Origin: Massalongia carnosa
Taxonomy: Eukaryota
Assembly (NCBI GenBank): GCA_965645245.1
Contig: OZ287080.1
Span: 868,001 to 932,000 of the forward strand
DNA: 64,000 nt
Direction of reading: 5' to 3'
In this document: positions 56,638-64,000 of the stretch, piece after piece
How the letters are laid out: each line of letters opens with the position of its first letter
Numbering within the stretch: the first letter of the stretch is position 1
Position numbers and translations under genes: made by a program
The notes under the pieces: generated by a model
Seen by the model: only the letters and a program-made list of their open reading frames with translations
Told to the model about the DNA's origin: nothing
Database searches by the model: none

Positions 56638-59600
56638 CCTATTAAGCGTAACAAACGAAAAACATTCGACGAACGAGTAGAGGAAAGCCAAGAAGCAATC
56701 AATCGAGCACAATCGATTGGATTACTAAAAACGGCTAAAACCGCGTTATTGAAGTCATTTGTCTTAGATCAAAATCCAGAAACAGCAATAGTCATTGATA
56801 ATGTCAATTCCTTATTGACAAAAAAATCAATTAATATAAAAACAACACTAGACATGATGAATTGGAAATTGGACAGGGTAATTGATTAGACTAGTAATCG
56901 AACCTCAGAATCAACGCGAAAATCGACTCGGGTTCAACAAGTCAATACGACTGAAAATCCAAATAAAGTCGTCAACACGAACGCACGAAAGGAAACCGCC
57001 GGGGTTACGAGTACAAAGGTCAATAACACGCCTCCATCCTGGAGTCAAATGCTTGGAAAAGCAACTGCGAATTCCGAAAATTGGACCACTGTTTCCAAAT
57101 CGAAAAATTCGAGTCAAACCTCGAACAAATTCGACAAAACCGATGAATTAAATGCAATCAAACTCAGACGACTGATAATTACACCAAAAATTCAAATCGG
57201 CGATATCGACTCATTGAAACTTCGAGATCAAATCAACGGGCAATTCAGCAACGCGAAGTTAGATATCGTAATCAACACGGTCGAAAAATCGAAAACCGGT
57301 CAGAATATCGTTCTCACTACTAGTTCGAAAAACACTGCTGCAGAATTGTTGGAAAACAAATCTATATGGGAACATATTTTCGATGCACAAAGAATTCGAA
57401 AAGACGAATCCTGGTTTAAAGTGATCGCACATGGAGTAAATATTGCAACGTTTGATTAAAATATGCAATATTTGCAAAATGAAATCCAGAAATTCATGGA
57501 ATTATGCGATTTACCCAGATGGCTAGCGCGAGACCGCGAAAATAAAGTCAATTCTTCGGTCGTTTTGACTTTTAACGATCGAAATCAGGCCTTAAACGCG
57601 TTAAAAGGCGTAAATATCGCGGGAAAACACTGTGACACGGAAATATTTACTTCCGTTCGTCCGAATACACAATGTATTAATTGTCAAAAATTCGGACACA
57701 AGCATTATCAGTGTCGAAATAAATCAAAATGAAATATTTGTGCACAAAATCTTGAAACACGTAATCATGAATGCATAACATGCAAATCGAAAACTGCGTG
57801 TGTACACGTTGTTGTGAAATGTGCAAACTGCAATTAAAATCATCAATCAAATGATGAACATTGTGAAATGTTTACTGCATTAAATCAACGAAAATCGGCT
57901 GACGAATTATCCGCCTTATAATGGCAGGACAGCATTCGTTGGCAAATATAGAAAATACTCACAATGTCAAATTTATTCAACACAACTGTGGAAGGTCAAC
58001 GAATGCAATGACTTAGTGTTTGGAATATGCTTTATCAAATCAATGGATATTGTTTTGTTTCAGGAACCATGGACACGAGATCAAAAAACAATATCACATC
58101 CGTCATTTACTTGCATTATGCCGAAAATAGCAACTTATCGCTCAAGAGTAGCTATATTTGTCACAAAATGCACTCCCAAACTTCAATGCACGCCTAGAAC
58201 GGATCTTATTGACGATTCCGATATGCAAATTATTGAAATTACAATTGATGAAGTTCGAAAAGTGCAGATTTTTAATATTTATAACGAAAAAAGTCAAAAT
58301 GATCGAGAAACATACGCGATCGATCGACTTTTAATCAAATATCAACCTATATCAACTAATCAATTCCTCATTTGTGGAGATTTCAATGCACATCATAACT
58401 GGTGGAATTCAAAAATTCAACACGCAATTCGATCAGAAAATTTATTCAAATGGTTGAAAATAAACAAATGTAGTTTGATAAACACACCTGATTTATGTAC
58501 ATTCTACGCCCCTTCTGGAAGTTCATCATCTGTTATTGATTTATCATTTACAAATTCCAAAATCGAAAATACAATTACTAACTGGGCAATCGACGAAAAC
58601 GCAGTCACAGGTTCAGATCATGAAGTCATCCGATTTGAACTAATCGCATCTTTCAAAAATTTGACGTCACATGCAACCGCATTATCGAATAAATATAATT
58701 GCAATAAAGCCGATTGGAATAAATTCGCGAAGTTTCTAGACGAAAATTCAATCAACTACGAATCAAAAGTTCAAAGTTTATTGAATAATCATCAATTCGA
58801 CGAATCAGCGATACATTTGCAAAAAATTATTAAAAACGCGGCTGAAATATTTATTCCGAAAACGAAAATATGTGCAAAATCGAAAAATTGGTGGTCGCAA
58901 GATTTAACCGAACTTCGAAAAATCATGTGCAGGCATCGTCGAGAATGGAAGAATTATACGTCCGATTTTAGTCATCGGATGTTTAAACATAGTCGAATCG
59001 AGTATTTTCATGCAATTCGAAAAGCAAAACAACAAACCTGGTTGACTTTTCTAGAAAATGCAGCGAATAAAGACATGTTTACCGCGTATAAACATACTAA
59101 ACCGCGCATATTCGAAAAAATACCGCCGATTCTATATGAAAATAAGCGTAATGTTTAGTTTGATGACAAATGCGATTCGTTTGTGTCAGCAATGTACATT
59201 AAAAACACATTTATAGACGATAATGTCGAAGATTTACCAAATCAAGACAGCGAAAATGATGATAATTGGCCAGATTTGAGCGAAAACGAGCTGCAAAATG
59301 CGATTAATTTATTTAATCCGAAGAAAGCATGTGGACCTGATGCAATCAATTTTACAATTGTTCAAAAATCGTTTCAATCGTTGAAAAACGTGTTTTTCAT
59401 GATTTATTCGAAATTCATTCGAATCGGTTATCACCCGTTATGCTAGCGGACAGGACTCGGTGCAGTTCTGAAAAAACCTAATAAATCAGACTATTCGCTA
59501 CCAAAATCATATCGAATTATCACATTGCTAAATTGTCTTGGTAAAATTGCTGAGAAAATCGTTGCAAATCGACTAGCCTACTTCGGCGAAAATTCGAATT

Positions 59601-62600
59601 TACTAGATATCGAACAGATGGGCGGACGGAAAAATCATTCTGCAATTGACGCAGTAATGAACCTCGTTCATGAAATCGAAATTGCGAATCGAAATAAAAA
59701 CGTTTTATCCTGTTTATTACTCGATGTCAAAGGCGCATTTGACTTTGTCTCGATTAATCAACTGCTAAATGTCATGAAAAAGCTGAAATTATCTCGCATA
59801 ATAATTCAATGGGTTAAGCATTTCATGACAAAACGATCGATCAATTTGATATTCGATGAAAACAAAAGCAAACCATATTTTGTCGAATCAGGAATTCCAT
59901 AAGGTTCACCAATCGCGCCTATTCTATTTCTGATTTACATTTGTCACTTGTTTCCGAAAATACGAATGAAATTCAATGCACATTCTCCCAGTTTTATTGA
60001 CGATGTTGCAATATATGTCGAAAATAAAACTGCAAAACAAAATTGCAAAGAAATCGAAATCATAGTCAAAACAGCTTTTGATTGGGCCGCATCGAATAAT
60101 GTCAAAATTGATGACGATAAATCCGAGCTGATTCACTTCGAAAAGACAAGAAATGTATCGAAAGACATACTGGAATTACCAAACGGGACAATACTTGAAC
60201 CGAAAAATGTAGTCAAATGGTTGGACGTCTGGCTAGACCGAAAACTAAATTTCAAAAAAAACGTCGAAACGCGAATATCTTCTGCGAATCGATCATTTTT
60301 TGCAATTCAGAATTTGATGAAATCCGAATGGGGTCTGAAACCGACCGCATGCAGACAGCTCTATTTGTCATGCATTGTTCCTATTTCGGACTACGGTTCA
60401 GAAATTTGGTATAATTGTCAAAAGAAATATGAAAAACTATTTCAGAATTTGCAAAATCGAATGATTCGGAAAATTTTAGGAACTTTCAAAACCATACCTG
60501 TTCAGTGGATAGAAATTGAATCACATGTAAACGAAATTTCAGACAAAATAGCAAAGACGGGCCATAATCAAATCCTAGTCGAGTCCTCGGCTATAACATT
60601 TGATTATGTAAAAGATCAAATAAATCAAAATATGCTAACCACATGGACGAATCAATGGCAACAATGCAAATTAAAAGGCAAATACTACGAGAAATTCGAA
60701 ATGAAACCTGGCATATCGAGATTTTATTATTTATCAAACAACTGTTCCAAATTGATATTTGCTACTATTATGCAATTAAAATTCGGACACGGCTATTTTC
60801 CATCATATTTACAGCGATTGAAAGATTATAATTCGTCAAAATGCACAAATCGATGCAATCAACTACAAACGCCAGAATACTTGTTATTGAATTGCATTCA
60901 CTATTTCGATGAAATTCAAAAAATGAAACAAAATATCGATACTACGATCAACTTAAATATGTTGTTTGATACAAAAATCGGAAATGACATTTTGATTAAA
61001 TTCATTGTCAATAACAAAATCGCGACTAGAAAATGGATACTAGGTCAGCTTGATGACGATATATTCGAAACTGGAGGTTGGGGAGAGATCGAACAGTAAA
61101 ATCAGAAACGATTTATGCTGAAACAGTTACGAACTTACAAAGATAAATTGTAAAATCGATAATTTTCGATTACTATAGGTTGTTACTAACACGGAGTAAA
61201 AATGGAGAAAAATTGACGATACATAGATGGGTTATAAATGGTTGATTTATTTGTAATATAGAAACATATCCTAAAATAGTTTAGTGTCATAACCTTAGGT
61301 TGAATACACTTAATGAATAAATAAAATAAAAATGAGTCACATGTTTTACCAGTCAAACTTCGATTATTAATGAAAAATCAAAAATACGCAATTCGATTAT
61401 TGAAGATTGCCGAAAATAATCCCATTTGTCAAAGAATTCCAAACACATATTCGATAAAATATGAAAACATCGGTTTTGACACTAGCTTATGGAAAAATAT
61501 GCCGAATGGAACGAAGATGAAAAACAGACAAATAAACGACACCCAAGTCAGCTTATTCGCGTTCTTCATTCCGTTTCTGACATAGTTCACAAAACTGATG
61601 AATTTGAACAATTAAATCATTTCATTAAACCTTGGAAATCGTCATGCAAAATCGAATTTCAAATCGAAAATACAAAAGAATCTGCAAAATCAAGTTATTA
61701 TTCGCCCTTATCAAAAATTCAATCGATGAACTCCGATAAATCCCGAGTTTTACTTTATACGGATGGATCAAAAATCGAATTTGCAACGTCTGCAGTCACA
61801 TTTGCACCAATTTTGCGGAATAGGAATAATATTATCAATAATTTTGATCTATTTATCGAAAAAGATTGTCTGATCAAGTATTATACGATTTTGAAAAGCT
61901 GGAAATTAAGCAAACAGTCAAGCATTATAAATGCTGAACTGCATGCGATTTTACAAGCAATGAAATGGGTCTATAAACTGTCGAATACTAATATTTTATC
62001 GAACTTAGAAAAAACGATTTGGATTTTTTCTGATAGCATAAAGGCGATAAACGAAATTCAGAACTTGACAAATCATATTTTCGCAAGACAAATTCGAAAG
62101 GTCGCAAAACTCTTATTTGAAAGCAATTATCAGGTGATTTTGCAATGGATTCCGAGTCATTCGAAAATTACCGAAAACGAAATTGCAGACAAAACAGCAA
62201 AGACGGGCCATAATCGAATCCTAATCGAGTCCTCGGCGATAACATTTGACGATGTAAAAGATCAATTAAATCGAAATATGCTAACTACACGGACGAATCA
62301 ATGGCAACAATGCAAATCGAAAGGCAAATACTATGAGAAATTCGAAATGCAACCTGGCATATCGAGTTTTTATAATTTATCAAAAAACTGCTCCAAATTG
62401 ATATTTGCCACTATTATGCAATTAAAATTCGGACACGGTTATTTTCGATCATATATACATCGATTGAAAGATTATAATTCGTCAAAATGCGCAAATAGAT
62501 GCAATCAACGACAAACGCCAGAACACTTGTTATTGAATTGCATTCACTATTTCGATAAAATTCAAAACATGAAATAAAATGTCGATATTACTATCAACTT

Positions 62601-62981
62601 GAATATGTTGTTTAATACAAAAATTGGAAATGACATTTTGATTAAATTCATTGTCAATAACAAAATCGCGACTAGAAAATGGATACTAGGTCAGCTTGAT
62701 GACGAAATTGTTGAAACGGGAGGCTGTGGAGAGATCGAACAGTAAAATCAGATATGATTTATGTTGAAACATTTACGAACTTACTAAGACAAATTGTAAA
62801 ATCGATAATTTCTCGATTACTATAGGTTGTTACTAACACGGAGTAAAAACGGGGGAAAATTGTCGATACATAGATGGGTTATAAAGGGTTGATTTATTTG
62901 TATTATAGAAACATATCCTAAAATATTTTAGTTTCATAACCTTAGGTTGAATACACTTAATGAATAAATAAAAATAAAAAA
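56632..62981 (+). mobile_element. B-type LINE lacking its 5'UTR and ORF1 start (56632-60528 plus 61333-62981), multiple stops
   Basis: Collinear with 18213 onward; TAATG at 57919; tail at ~62960-62981. Confidence 0.92.
60529..61332 (+). mobile_element. 5'-truncated LINE (0.8 kb) nested in the same orientation
   Basis: TSD tgaatcacatgt (60517-60528) and tgagtcacatgt (61333-61344); has its own 3'UTR and tail. Confidence 0.9.
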
Positions 62982-63831
62982 TTATCGGGTGGTTCTACAA
63001 TGGATTCCTAGTCATTCGAAAATCGTCGAAAATGAAATTGCAGATAAAACAGCAAAAGCGGGACATAGTCGAATCCTAGTCGAGTCTTCGATAATAACAT
63101 TTGATTATATAAAGGGTCAAATAAATCGAAATATGTTAGCCACATTGGCGAATCAATGGCAACAATGCAAGTCAAAAGGCAAATACTATGAGAAATTCGA
63201 AATGCAGCCGGGCAAATCGAGTTTTTATTATCTGTCGAATAATTGTTCGAAATTGATATTTGAGACTATTATGCAAATAAAATTCGGACACGGTTATTTT
63301 CGATCATATCTGCACCGATTGAAAGATTATAATTTGTCAAAATGCACAGGGCGCTACAACGAACGTCAAACGCCAGAACACTTATTGATGAATTGCATAC
63401 ATTATTCCAATGAAATCCTAAACATGAAACAAAATATCGATACCACAATTACTTTAAAAATGTTGTTTAATACTAGGATCGGAAATAATATTTTTATTAA
63501 ATTTATTGTAGATAACAAAATCGCGACTAGAAAATGGATGCTAGGTCAGCTCGATGACGAAAATATCGAAACGGGAGGTTAGGGAGAGATCGAACAGTAA
63601 AGTTAGAAATGATTTATGCTAGATTATTCACGAGCTTTACAAAAACATATTGTAAAATCGATATTTCGATTATTAAAGGTTGTTACTTACACGGAGTAAA
63701 AACGGGGCAATATTGATGATACATAATTTGGTTATAAAGGGTTGATTTCTTTGAAAAATAAAAATAAATCTTAAAATAGTTTAGTATCATAACCTTAGGT
63801 TGAATACGCTTAATGAATAAACAAAAAAAAA
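62982..63831 (+). pseudogene. C-type LINE 3' fragment with 3'UTR and tail
   Basis: WIPSH...NEIAD and CCHC region; tail ends at 63831. Confidence 0.9.
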
Positions 63832-64000
63832 CTAGTAAATCAGGCCCAAATCGACAAATTTTTCTAAAGTTTTGCTAATGCCCTGCTCGGCGCGTTTTAT
63901 TTGTACGGCCTTCCGTTTATTATCCTTTTCTTTCTGTTTATTTTTTGCCCATTGCTATATCTGTTATCACTTTGCTGGTAATTGGGCAGCCATTTTGTTA

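Noticed and set aside
59948..61099. 383-aa RT/RNase H fusion ORF as a novel gene
   Set aside because: It is a chance in-frame junction created by the nested LINE at 60529 (TSD tga[a/g]tcacatgt).
63832..64000. Possible host gene or unique sequence at the right edge
   Set aside because: The stretch is too short and has no ORF or recognisable motif, so it cannot be assigned.

Overview
This window contains no recognisable host gene. It is an AT-rich nest of fungal transposons, most likely from a filamentous ascomycete (a powdery-mildew-like genome is an inference). About 80% of it is ~19 pieces of one Tad1-type LINE family: ORF1 gag-like with Zn knuckles, a TAATG overlap, and ORF2 with APE, RT, RNase H and CCHC domains. 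There are three ORF1/5'UTR variants (A, B, C) and one nearly intact full-length copy at 37995-44816. Matching target-site duplications (12-13 bp for the LINEs) reconstruct up to six levels of nesting. Also present are two copies of a Tc1/IS630-like (DD34E) DNA transposon with 153-bp TIRs, a Copia-type 5' LTR with PBS, a solo LTR and a hAT-type MITE. Two things stand out. (1) A ~1.75-1.9 kb GC-richer non-coding element occurs twice. It ends at the same nucleotide both times, fused in sense via (AG)CCCG microhomology to ORF1 of two different LINE subfamilies, and carries four copies of a covarying T-loop RNA motif. It is a candidate LINE-hitchhiking RNA (MINE/WEIRD-like template-switch chimera). 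(2) The Tc1-like element carries an intron-containing transposase and a convergent ~667-codon second gene (Cys/His motif, SAM-like helices, acidic tail), each starting ~65 nt inside a TIR, an arrangement like MuDR. All calls come from reading the sequence by eye; no database searches were run.
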